Shown one piece after another: positions 12,226-21,110 of a stretch of 39,764 bases of DNA. The DNA is from a bacterium (GTDB lineage Bacteria; SAR324; NAC60-12): contig CBDDTI010000723.1 of assembly GCA_965233585.1 (NCBI GenBank), positions 1 to 39,764 on the forward strand, read 5' to 3'. Position numbers and translations under genes: made by a program. Every line of letters begins with the position of its first letter. Position 1 is the first letter of the stretch. The notes under the pieces are model-generated. The model did no database searches and was not told where the DNA came from. It saw only the letters and a program-made list of their open reading frames with translations.

Positions 12226-13272
12226 TTAGGCTGGAGAAACACAAATAAGCTGATTTTCAGAAACTTGCAAAACATCTGCTTGTTCAGGTGTCAAATGAAA
12301 ACGTTGTGAGTTTTGCAACCTTGTTTCAGAGGTCAAGACTGAAATAGCTCTATAATTCTTTAGCTTGGTATTGCTGACTAAAAAAGGCTGACTTGATTCA
12401 TTTTGTTCAACTTCAGCAATGCTCACCTGACAGAATTGGCTATTTTTGATGGTGCGGACGTCCCGTACTCGGCATTCCAAAGTAGGACCTCCATCAAAAA
12501 TGTCAATGTATCCATTCCACATAAAACCTTCCTTCTCTAAAAGATGTCTAGCTGGGATTGTGTCGCTATGAGTCTGACCAATCACAGCCTGCGCTTCTTG
12601 ACCTAAAAAATCAATATAGATGGGGTGATGAGGCATCAACTCGGCAATGAAAGCTTTGGTGTGTTCAGGGGACGATCCTGCAAGACCTGTCAGAGCATCT
12701 GCTTTGGCAAAGTCTATTTGAAAGAATTTTTGACCCAAGCTTTCCCAAAATGGTGATTGATGCTTCTCATTAAAAAATCCCCGCATTTCTGCAAAAACTG
12801 ACGAACCAAAACGGTTTTGATGATTCTCCATGAATAAAAAACGATGTTTGGAAAGCAGTGTTCCATTGCCTTTGCCACGATGAGTTTTGAGCAGTGCCAG
12901 TGAGCAGATTTCAGAATCATAGCTTTTGTCATTTGTGAGGAACAGAACATTTTTTTGGCTAGAAACATTGAGAACTTTGGAGGCATGAGTAATGGTAGAT
13001 AAGCGATAGAGGTAATGTGGTTCATCAACGCCCGCTTTAGATGAAATCCCTGAAACTCCAACTACTCTTTGGCTTTCACTTTCTTCTAAAACAAAAAAGT
13101 AAAACTGGTCTTCGTGTTGATCATGGCTGTCAAAGGCTTTTTGAGAAGCATTGATTTTGGATTGCAATGTTTGCAAACCTCCTTGCAACGAAGTAAACCC
13201 TTGCCCTGCATCATGGACGACCTGTTGAAGACCATCTAAATCAGTATGAGCAATAGGACGAATAAAATACAT
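12226..13272 (-). CDS. astA: Arginine N-succinyltransferase
   Basis: MYFIRPI start, GFTSL, EPHYLYR, LLSKHRFLF, AEMRG, SPFWESLG, FIAELMP, YIDIFDGGPT. Confidence 0.9.
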   Translation of the reverse strand: MYFIRPIAHTDLDGLQQVVHDAGQGFTSLQGGLQTLQSKINASQKAFDSHDQHEDQFYFFVLEESESQRVVGVSGISSKAGVDEPHYLYRLSTITHASKVLNVSSQKNVLFLTNDKSYDSEICSLALLKTHRGKGNGTLLSKHRFLFMENHQNRFGSSVFAEMRGFFNEKHQSPFWESLGQKFFQIDFAKADALTGLAGSSPEHTKAFIAELMPHHPIYIDFLGQEAQAVIGQTHSDTIPARHLLEKEGFMWNGYIDIFDGGPTLECRVRDVRTIKNSQFCQVSIAEVEQNESSQPFLVSNTKLKNYRAISVLTSETRLQNSQRFHLTPEQADVLQVSENQLICVSPA

Positions 13273-13398
13273 GAAAATCTCTAAAAACGATTCGGATTTG
13301 AAGTTTGGAAGGAAACGTCCCTTTATCAAGAAGGACAACTTCCTGAAGGCTGCAAAAAGTGAAACAGAACGACAGACTATTAAGAACAGACCTAAAGT

Positions 13399-14493
13399 TT
13401 AGCGATGGTCAACAGAAAGTTTTTTTTCTAAATAAACCGAATAACGTGCCATGCTATAACAGAAGATAAAAAAGACAAACGCAATAAATGTATAAACTTC
13501 GTTTGCCAGTCCAATCCACTGTTTGTTGCTTAATGCTGCACGCCCAACACCAAGCAGGTCAAACATGCCAACAATCAACACAAGCGTTGTATCCTTAAAT
13601 AATCCAATGAAGGTGGTGACAATACCCGGTATGGAAATTTTTAATGCTTGGGGCAAGATGACCAATCGCATCATTTGCCAGTATTTCAAGCCTAACGCAT
13701 CTGATGCTTCTATTTGCCCTCTGGGAATGGCTTGAAGTCCTCCCCTCACCACCTCTGCAATGTATGCGGATGAGAAAATCACCACAATAAAAATGACACG
13801 CCAAAGTTGATCTACTTGGGAACCCGGTGGCAAGAATAAAGGAAACATCACCGTTGCCATAAACAACAATGAAATCATCGGCACACCCCGAATAAACTCA
13901 ATGACAATCACACAAAGCAACCTCAAAATTGGCAAATCGCTGCGTCTTCCGAGAGCTAACAAAGTGCCTATTGGCAAAGACAATCCAATGCCAAGGAACC
14001 CTAGAACAATGGTCAACGACAAGCCTCCTATCTGGGTGCTGTCAACTGAAGGCAAGTAAAAACCTCCAAATAAAATCCAGAATGCTAAGATGGGGTAGAA
14101 GGCACTAAATTTCATGAAGTGCATCCTCCATTTCATGTTGTCCCAAAAGATGGGCAACAAGGCGACAATTAACAGTACAAAAGCAAGGTTAGGTCTCCAA
14201 TGCTGACCTTTGGGATAAAATCCGTAAAGATATTGTTCAAAACGTGCTGTAATCACTCCCCAACACGCACCTCCACTTGTACATTCATCTCGTCCTTGAG
14301 TGAAAAAATCGGCATTTAAGAACAGCCACTGCAAAGCTGGAGGAATCACAAGATACAACAAATAAACGAAGAATGCGGTGAATAAAGTGTTGTACCATGT
14401 AGAAAATAGATTTTTCCTAATCCATCGTAAAAGGTTCTTTTCAGAAACGGGAGGAGGTCGGTCAACCTTTTGTTGTGATGTTTGTTCAGTCAT
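13399..14493 (-). CDS. aapM: General L-amino acid ABC transporter permease
   Basis: WIRKNLFSTW, C..GGACW, YGFYP, ALGRRS, EFIRGVP, AYIAEVVRGGLQAIPRGQ EAA loop; probable start MTEQ at 14493. Confidence 0.9.
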   Translation of the reverse strand: MTEQTSQQKVDRPPPVSEKNLLRWIRKNLFSTWYNTLFTAFFVYLLYLVIPPALQWLFLNADFFTQGRDECTSGGACWGVITARFEQYLYGFYPKGQHWRPNLAFVLLIVALLPIFWDNMKWRMHFMKFSAFYPILAFWILFGGFYLPSVDSTQIGGLSLTIVLGFLGIGLSLPIGTLLALGRRSDLPILRLLCVIVIEFIRGVPMISLLFMATVMFPLFLPPGSQVDQLWRVIFIVVIFSSAYIAEVVRGGLQAIPRGQIEASDALGLKYWQMMRLVILPQALKISIPGIVTTFIGLFKDTTLVLIVGMFDLLGVGRAALSNKQWIGLANEVYTFIAFVFFIFCYSMARYSVYLEKKLSVDHR

Positions 14494-14513
14494 CAAGTCA
14501 CCATGTATGAATA

Positions 14514-15707
14514 TTAACGTTCTACCACTTGCACTTGTCGGTTCACAAAATTCATAAAAATTGAAATGAGCAGGCAAAGAATCAAATAGGTCGCCATGAC
14601 TACTGCAATACACTCCAACGCCTGACCAGTTTGATTTAATGTAATCCCTCCAATAGTTGCTACAACATCAACGTAACCAATGGCAATGGCAAGAGAAGAG
14701 TTTTTGGTCAAATTCATAAATTGGCTATTAAGAGGTGGAATAATCACACGCAATGCCTGAGGAATAATGATCATCTTGTTGGTTTGCCATGTTGTCAAAT
14801 TGAGAGATTTAGAGGCTTCTATTTGTCCTTTGGGAACGGCTAATATCCCTGCCCTGACAATTTCTGCAATAGACGCTGACGTATAGAGGGAAAGCCCCAT
14901 TAACAATGCTACAAATTCAGGCTTTAAGGCGACACCACCACGAAAGTTAAACCCTTTCAAGACAGGAACAGACCAATTCACTGCATTTTCAACAAATAGA
15001 AATCCGAGACAAGGAAGCCCAATGATTAAGGCAGTGCCAATCCAAAAAGAAGACTGATGCCCTGATTGTTCATATTGCTTTGCTTTGGTCTGTCTTCGGT
15101 AAATGTAGTATGAAACTAGACCGAGTATGAATAAACCAAAGATGACTAAAGAACCAGATAAAAACTCAGGTTTTGGAACATAAAGCCCTCTGTTAGAAAC
15201 AAAGATGATGTCCACAATCTCAAAAGACTTTCTGGGAGAAGGGAGCTGTAAAAAGACCCCAAAATACCAAATGACAATCCATACTAGCACAGGCACATTG
15301 CGGGTAAATTCCACAATCCAATACACCGTTTTATTGACTAGCAAATTATCAGAAAGTCTTAAAATCCCCATCATAAAACCTAACAATGTTGCCAAAATAA
15401 TCCCTGTCAATGAGACAACAATAGTGTTTAACAGCCCCACAAAATAAGCCATCAAGTGGGTAGAATCTGATGTAAAATGCAGAAAAGGAGAATAAGCATC
15501 ATAGCCCGCTCTTGTCAATAAAAAATCAAATCCTGATGCAATCCCTAATTTTGCCAAGTTTTTTGATACATTATCAATCAAGTAAATTGCTGCTATGGAT
15601 AGAAACACAATGAGCAGTCCCTGAGTGGCGATAGATCGTGATTTCTTATTTTTCAAATTGAACATCTGACCTTTTGAATGAGATGATTTCAAGGAGGGTT
15701 TTATCAC
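14514..15707 (-). CDS. aapQ: General L-amino acid ABC transporter permease
   Basis: GIASGFDFL, VGLLNT, EFTRNVP, GFNFRGG, IAEIVRAGILAVPKGQ, NLTKNSSLAIAIGY. Confidence 0.9.
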   Translation of the reverse strand: MIKPSLKSSHSKGQMFNLKNKKSRSIATQGLLIVFLSIAAIYLIDNVSKNLAKLGIASGFDFLLTRAGYDAYSPFLHFTSDSTHLMAYFVGLLNTIVVSLTGIILATLLGFMMGILRLSDNLLVNKTVYWIVEFTRNVPVLVWIVIWYFGVFLQLPSPRKSFEIVDIIFVSNRGLYVPKPEFLSGSLVIFGLFILGLVSYYIYRRQTKAKQYEQSGHQSSFWIGTALIIGLPCLGFLFVENAVNWSVPVLKGFNFRGGVALKPEFVALLMGLSLYTSASIAEIVRAGILAVPKGQIEASKSLNLTTWQTNKMIIIPQALRVIIPPLNSQFMNLTKNSSLAIAIGYVDVVATIGGITLNQTGQALECIAVVMATYLILCLLISIFMNFVNRQVQVVER

Positions 15708-15842
15708 AAAGGTTTTTCAACATTTTGTCAATAAAAAAACAACTCTAAAAACACTTTGGGGGATTAAAAAAAGCGAGAAAGCAGTATGATGAAGTCCCAT
15801 ACTGCTTGGATTGAAACAATGAAAAGCTACATTGTTAGAAGG

Positions 15843-16841
15843 TTAACGGAATGGAGGGGCGTAGAGCAGACCACCTTGTGTCCATTGTGTATTGACACCA
15901 CGAGGCAAGCCAGTCAAAGCCATAGTTCGCTCATACACTTCTGCATAGTTACCAACTTGTTTCAAGATTTGATAACCAAAGTCTTTACGGATTCCCAAGA
16001 ACTTCCCTAATTCTCCAGTCTTACCCAAAAGTCTTGAAATTTCTTGATTTTTGGTTGAACCGAACGAGTTAACATTTTTAGAAGAAATTCCTAGTTCCTC
16101 ACCAACAACGATGGCGTTAAGTGTCCAACGAGCAACGTCTCCCCACTTATTATCACCATGCCTGACCACAGGACCCAAAGGTTCTTTAGAGATCATTTCA
16201 GGTAAGACGACCCAATTATCTGGATTTGGTAATGATGCTTTGACACCTGCAAGTCCTGTGGCATCTGTTGTGTAAACATCGCAACGTCCAGCTTTCAAGC
16301 CTTTCAAAGCGTCATCTTGAGTCTCTGTTGTAACAGGCTCATACTTCATGTCGTTCGCTTTAAAATAGTCTGCCAGATTCAATTCTGTTGTTGTTCCCGG
16401 TTGGATACAAACGGTTGCACCATCTAATTCTGTTGCAGAAGAGACGCCTAGGTCTTTATTGACGATGAAGCCTTGACCATCATACCAAGTGACACCAACA
16501 AAGTCTAAGCCCAAATCCGTATCACGGGACAAAGTCCAAGTCGTGTTACGAGAAAGAACGTCAATTTCTTTGGACTGCAATGCAGTAAAGCGAGTTTTCG
16601 TAGTGAGTGGCACGAATTTGACAGCATCTTGGTCGCCAAAAACTGCAGCAGCTAAGGCACGGCAGTACTCCACATCAATCCCTTGCCAACGTCCGTCATC
16701 GTCTGTGTAAGATAATCCAAATGCTCCTGTGGACACACCACATCGCAAATGACCCCTATCCTGAACATCTTCCAAAGTTCCTGCAACTGCAGAAACAGCA
16801 CCTAATGATAAAGAGACTCCTAGTCCCAGTAGTTTTTTCAT
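15843..16841 (-). CDS. aapJ: General L-amino acid ABC transporter substrate-binding protein
   Basis: Signal peptide, RGHLRCGVS, RFTALQSKEIDVLSRNTTWT, ISKEPLGPVVRHGD, GGLLYAPPFR C-terminus. Confidence 0.95.
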   Translation of the reverse strand: MKKLLGLGVSLSLGAVSAVAGTLEDVQDRGHLRCGVSTGAFGLSYTDDDGRWQGIDVEYCRALAAAVFGDQDAVKFVPLTTKTRFTALQSKEIDVLSRNTTWTLSRDTDLGLDFVGVTWYDGQGFIVNKDLGVSSATELDGATVCIQPGTTTELNLADYFKANDMKYEPVTTETQDDALKGLKAGRCDVYTTDATGLAGVKASLPNPDNWVVLPEMISKEPLGPVVRHGDNKWGDVARWTLNAIVVGEELGISSKNVNSFGSTKNQEISRLLGKTGELGKFLGIRKDFGYQILKQVGNYAEVYERTMALTGLPRGVNTQWTQGGLLYAPPFR

Positions 16842-17100
16842 AAGTTTTTCTCCTATTATTATGAAAAAGGTTAATTTAAAAAAGCAGTCAGATTTTAAAG
16901 TAAGATGATGCTAAAAGTCAAGTCTTTATCTCTAAAATTTTTGTAACAAGTGAAAAATAAGGTGTCATACCCAGCTCGTTCTAGTATCTTAATCACTAAA
17001 AATCCTTTTGCAAAAAGACATGACTGGCTAAAAACAGTCAAAATCAATTTGCTACGAATCAAAAAACAAGAGGCTGAAAAAATAAAAATTTTGATAAAAA

Positions 17101-17952
17101 ATGACGACTCTACAATCGCAAGTAAGAACACTTGACATGACAAAGCCTGTGATTGCAGGTATTTTGAATTGCACGCCTGATTCTTTTTCTGACGGGGGAA
17201 AGTTTTCATCGGCACAAGATGCCATTGAATACGGCTTAAAATTAGAGTCTGATGGTGCATTGTGGCTTGATATTGGAGGAGAATCATCAGGACCCAATTC
17301 CGTTGATGTTGCCGTTGATGAAGAATTGGAGCGAGTGATTCCTGTGATTCAAGGCATTCGTCAACGTAGCAATGTTTGGATTTCTGTTGACACCTACAAA
17401 GCAGAAGTTGCCAGACAAGCCATCAACGCAGGTGCTGATGCTATCAATGACGTGACGGCATTGCGTAGAGAACCTCACATGGCAGAAATCATTGCCGAAT
17501 CTGGTGCAGCAGTCGTTTTGGTCTTTTCAAAAGAAGACAATGCACGTACAACAACAAAATTTCTGCAATATGATGATGTGCTGGAATCTCTCAAATCTTT
17601 TTTTCAAGAACGAATGTGTTGGATTCAACAGCATGGTGTGCCTCTTTCAAAGATTGTTTTGGATCCCGGTCTAGGGTTTTTTGTGAGTTCTGATGCTCAG
17701 TATAGTTTTGAAATCATCAGAAGGCTAAAGGAACTTCATGCTTTGGGGCAACCTTTGATGGTTGGAGTCTCAAGAAAATCATTTTTATCAAATGTTTGGC
17801 AACCGCTAGAAGTACACGAAAGAGAAAGCCCATCTTTGATTGCAGCCTCCGTTGCATTGATGAACGGTGCCAAAATTGTTAGAATGCACAACGTCAAAGA
17901 AACGAGGCTTGCACTTTCAACACTTCAAAGCATTTATGAGAACTCATTTTGA
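17101..17952 (+). CDS. folP: Dihydropteroate synthase
   Basis: GILNCTPDSFSDGG, DIGGESSGP, ISVDTYK, INDV, LDPGLGF, GVSRKSF, IVRMHNV. Confidence 0.95.
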   Translation: MTTLQSQVRTLDMTKPVIAGILNCTPDSFSDGGKFSSAQDAIEYGLKLESDGALWLDIGGESSGPNSVDVAVDEELERVIPVIQGIRQRSNVWISVDTYKAEVARQAINAGADAINDVTALRREPHMAEIIAESGAAVVLVFSKEDNARTTTKFLQYDDVLESLKSFFQERMCWIQQHGVPLSKIVLDPGLGFFVSSDAQYSFEIIRRLKELHALGQPLMVGVSRKSFLSNVWQPLEVHERESPSLIAASVALMNGAKIVRMHNVKETRLALSTLQSIYENSF

Positions 17953-18268
17953 CCCAAACCAACAACTTGTAGATCAGTACCTGTTTCACTCTTTTTTGTA
18001 TTATCAACTAGATGAATCATTGGTCTCTGACAGCCAATATGACCAACTTGTCAACCAACTGAAAAATGCTTGCCCTGAAATTTGGGAACATGAACTTGAG
18101 TTTGCTGACCTTGCCCAAAAGGGTCTAAAATCTGGTGCGCACACGATGACAAAATACCCTTCCCTGATTGTCAGTTCTGCAATTCAGTTGATTTATTACC
18201 AAAAACACGTCAAAATAGCATCTTTTGATGAGTATTTGTCTCGCTTGGGATATTGCATTTCTACCTAA
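17936..18268 (+). CDS. Stand-alone protein resembling the N-terminal domain Ia of NAD+-dependent DNA ligase
   Basis: HSFLYYQLDESLVSDSQYDQL matches LigA Ia H..YY..D.P.ISD.EYD.L; no KxDG adenylation motif; ATG at 17936 overlaps the folP end. Confidence 0.7.
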   Translation: MRTHFDPNQQLVDQYLFHSFLYYQLDESLVSDSQYDQLVNQLKNACPEIWEHELEFADLAQKGLKSGAHTMTKYPSLIVSSAIQLIYYQKHVKIASFDEYLSRLGYCIST

Positions 18269-19083
18269 TTTTTTGCTTCATGCCAGAGCCTTCAAATTTT
18301 GCCAATCTCAAAGAAAGCCCAGCATTAAAACATGTTGGAGGACTTCTTAAATCTGCACGTGAGGCACAAAATCTTTCTCTGCAAGATATTGTAGAGCGAA
18401 CAAGGATCAATCGTAATATTCTCAACCAAATTGAAGAAGGGTACATGGGGGAGCAACCCGGTCCTGTTTTTTTAAGAGGATTCTTGCGTTCATACGCACA
18501 AGTGGTGATGCTAGACCCTGAAGAAATCATTCAAAAATCAGGCATTGCCCCAGAAGAAATAGAGGCAGACAAGCCTTTGCACTTCAATCAATTACCTGAG
18601 ATCCCTTCTCAATCCACTTCCAAAAGACTTTGGAAGGTTCTCATCACTCTTTCTATTTTAGGAGGGGGTGCTTACGGTGGGTTCATTTTTTTGACAAATC
18701 CTGCACAAAACCAAGAAAAGCCTCAAGTCCAAAATCCTGTTGTGCAGTCGGTGAATGTTGAAACTCCTCGCCAAGATCAGACTCCTGAAGTTGAAAAAGT
18801 TCAAAATCTACCTAATGAGAAGACTGTCGTTGAGAGTCAAATACATTCCATTGCTATTGAAAGCCGCAAAACTGTCTGGGTTAGAGTCCAAATAGATGCA
18901 GAACCTCCTTTTGAAACAAGAATGCTTCCCGGACAACAACTGAATATCCAGTCGCAAGAAGGTGTTAAACTGACAGCAGGAGACAGTTCTGCAATTAGAG
19001 TTTTTTTTGATGGTGAACCTGTTGTTTACGAGGGAGGAAATGACCTTGTCGTGGACTGGGCAATTAGCACAAAAAATCAATAA
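18253..19083 (+). CDS. rodZ: RodZ-like membrane protein (HTH + TM + DUF4115-like domain)
   Basis: GGLLKSAREAQNLSLQDI...IEEG...FLRGFLRSYA HTH, one TM helix, C-terminal VWVRVQID...AGDSSAIRVFFDG; start may be the ATG at 18280. Confidence 0.8.
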   Translation: MHFYLIFCFMPEPSNFANLKESPALKHVGGLLKSAREAQNLSLQDIVERTRINRNILNQIEEGYMGEQPGPVFLRGFLRSYAQVVMLDPEEIIQKSGIAPEEIEADKPLHFNQLPEIPSQSTSKRLWKVLITLSILGGGAYGGFIFLTNPAQNQEKPQVQNPVVQSVNVETPRQDQTPEVEKVQNLPNEKTVVESQIHSIAIESRKTVWVRVQIDAEPPFETRMLPGQQLNIQSQEGVKLTAGDSSAIRVFFDGEPVVYEGGNDLVVDWAISTKNQ

Positions 19084-19106
19084 TTTAAAAACGTAACCCT
19101 TTTGAT

Positions 19107-19385
19107 ATGTTAACTCTTATTGTAGGTCTTGCCTTCAGCATTGCACTCATCGGCTTACTGTCTTTTCCTTTGTATGCCAAACCTCTTTTGCCTTATCGTC
19201 TCAAAAATCAAGAAAACGATTTATATGAACAAGACATGTTACTGAACACACTTGAAGAGTTGGAGGAAGAATATCAACTTGGGAGAGTTGAAGAAAAAGA
19301 TTATCAGCAGTTGAAACGTTATACTCAAAGACAATATTTGAAAGCAAAAAATGCTTATGAACAAAGGCAATCAGATGAAAATTAA
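19107..19385 (+). CDS. Small membrane protein, CcmI N-terminus-like
   Basis: N-terminal TM, then LEELEEEYQLGRVEEKDYQQLK resembling the CcmI/SHOCT-type motif. Confidence 0.55.
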   Translation: MLTLIVGLAFSIALIGLLSFPLYAKPLLPYRLKNQENDLYEQDMLLNTLEELEEEYQLGRVEEKDYQQLKRYTQRQYLKAKNAYEQRQSDEN

Positions 19386-20631
19386 ATACTTTGTTTTAGG
19401 ATTGATGGTTGTGATTTTTTTTCAATCCTGCGGATACGAAGAACGGCGAAAGGTGGAAAGCGACATCTCATTCAAAACTTATTTAGAATACGAAGATTTG
19501 TCAGGAACAAAGATTCGGCTCAATTATCAAGTAACGCCCCTTGAACATATTGGGAAGAATCCACTCGCCTTTGAACTCAAAGACCTCAACGGAGACAACC
19601 GCCTTGATTTGATTGCTCTTTTTCCACTCAGTAAAAATGGCACTGCTCGTGTTTTTAAAAGAACGACAAGCAATAATTTTGAAAATGGTGAGGATTTGTT
19701 TGAAGAAACATGGACTGCAACAGATTTTAGCATTCCACAACATTTGACATTGAATGACTTCAATCAAGATGGGCAAATAGACCTTGCAGTCGTTGATTCT
19801 TCTAACCACACATTAAAGTATTGGACAGGAACAGGCAATGCAACTTTTGACTTTCAAAAAAGCATCACGATTGAAGAAGACCCCCTTTTTGTGACATCAG
19901 CAAATTTGCAAAATCAATTATCAGATTCCAGACCTGTGTACGACCTTGTCATTGCAAATTATCTGGAAGACAAATTGAGTGTGTTACTCAATGAATCAAA
20001 AAGTTTTCAAGACGTGAAAGAGATTGATGAAGATGACGGATTAGAACCACGAACCCTGCAGGTTGCTGTTGGAAAATTTTGGGGAAATGATGACTTCCCA
20101 GACATTGCTGCTGTGAGTTTGAAGGAAAGAGAAATCAATATCCTGCAAAACGTACAATCAGGAGAATCCCGCAGTTTTGAACTAAGAAAAAGCATAGACA
20201 TTGGAGAGTTGCCTCAAGCCGTCATTTCAGGGGATTGGGACAATGATGGCAAAGATGACTTGGCTGTTTCCAATTATGGAAGTGATTATGTCTTAATTTT
20301 CTATGGCGACGGTGATGGAGGGTTTGATGAACATAAATTTGACACAGGCAATGGTCCTGCTCAATTAGCGGCAGGAGACCTCAATGGTGACAATATTTTG
20401 GACTTCGTCATTGGGAATATTGACGACAAAGACTTGACGGTATTATTGAGTTACGGAAGTGGAAGAGGACAATATAGGAGGGACGACATTGCATCAAGCC
20501 AATATGAAAGAGGAGCAAGACCTTCTTTCATCAAAATTGCTGATGTTTCAGGGGACGGCATTAACGACATTTTGGTCTCATTACCTTTTGAAAAACAAAT
20601 TTCTATTTTCAGATTTACAAGCAGGTCTTAA
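19375..20631 (+). CDS. FG-GAP/VCBS-repeat beta-propeller lipoprotein
   Basis: Lipobox-like FFQSC after a hydrophobic signal; repeated DxNGDGxxDL motifs (DLNGDNRLDL, DFNQDGQIDL, DWDNDGKDDL, DLNGDNILDF, DVSGDGINDI). Confidence 0.85.
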   Translation: MKIKYFVLGLMVVIFFQSCGYEERRKVESDISFKTYLEYEDLSGTKIRLNYQVTPLEHIGKNPLAFELKDLNGDNRLDLIALFPLSKNGTARVFKRTTSNNFENGEDLFEETWTATDFSIPQHLTLNDFNQDGQIDLAVVDSSNHTLKYWTGTGNATFDFQKSITIEEDPLFVTSANLQNQLSDSRPVYDLVIANYLEDKLSVLLNESKSFQDVKEIDEDDGLEPRTLQVAVGKFWGNDDFPDIAAVSLKEREINILQNVQSGESRSFELRKSIDIGELPQAVISGDWDNDGKDDLAVSNYGSDYVLIFYGDGDGGFDEHKFDTGNGPAQLAAGDLNGDNILDFVIGNIDDKDLTVLLSYGSGRGQYRRDDIASSQYERGARPSFIKIADVSGDGINDILVSLPFEKQISIFRFTSRS

Positions 20632-20648
20632 AAAAGACATTAAAAACT

Positions 20649-21026
20649 TTAGTATGATTTAACAAGGAACATTCCCAAAAAACTGCCAACCAAGCACAGT
20701 AAAAGATTCAACCCAACATTGACCACTGCTTTGTAAAAATTTCCCTCCTGAATCAGTAAAAGTGTTTCTACACTAAATGTTGAAAATGTCGTCAACGCCC
20801 CCATCATGCCTGTTGTCAAAAAAAGCTGTAAACCTTCAGGACTGGAGCTTTGACGAAAGAAGGCAATGCAGATTCCCAAGATGAAAGAACCAATGACATT
20901 GACTGCCAACGTTCCATAAGGGAAGCCATGACCGAGCCATTGATGAACTCCTTTGCTCAGCAAATACCGCAAAATTGCCCCAACAAATCCACCACTACCA
21001 ACAGCCAAGAGATTCCAAAAAATCAT
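20649..21026 (-). CDS. crcB: Fluoride channel Fluc/CrcB
   Basis: GGFVGAILRY, FPYGTLAVNVIGSF, TGMMGALTTFSTFS. Confidence 0.95.
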   Translation of the reverse strand: MIFWNLLAVGSGGFVGAILRYLLSKGVHQWLGHGFPYGTLAVNVIGSFILGICIAFFRQSSSPEGLQLFLTTGMMGALTTFSTFSVETLLLIQEGNFYKAVVNVGLNLLLCLVGSFLGMFLVKSY

Positions 21027-21110
21027 AGTTGAAGATGACCTTTGATTGTCTTAATTTTCAAAAGTTGTGAGTTATCAATAAAGACGTTTGAAAATTTTGT
21101 TTTTGAAAGA

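Noticed and set aside
21027..21110. Fluoride riboswitch upstream of crcB
   Set aside because: No recognisable GGCGATGG...CGCC...GCTGATGAC-type core in the short intergenic region; crcB appears to be the last gene of the trk operon.
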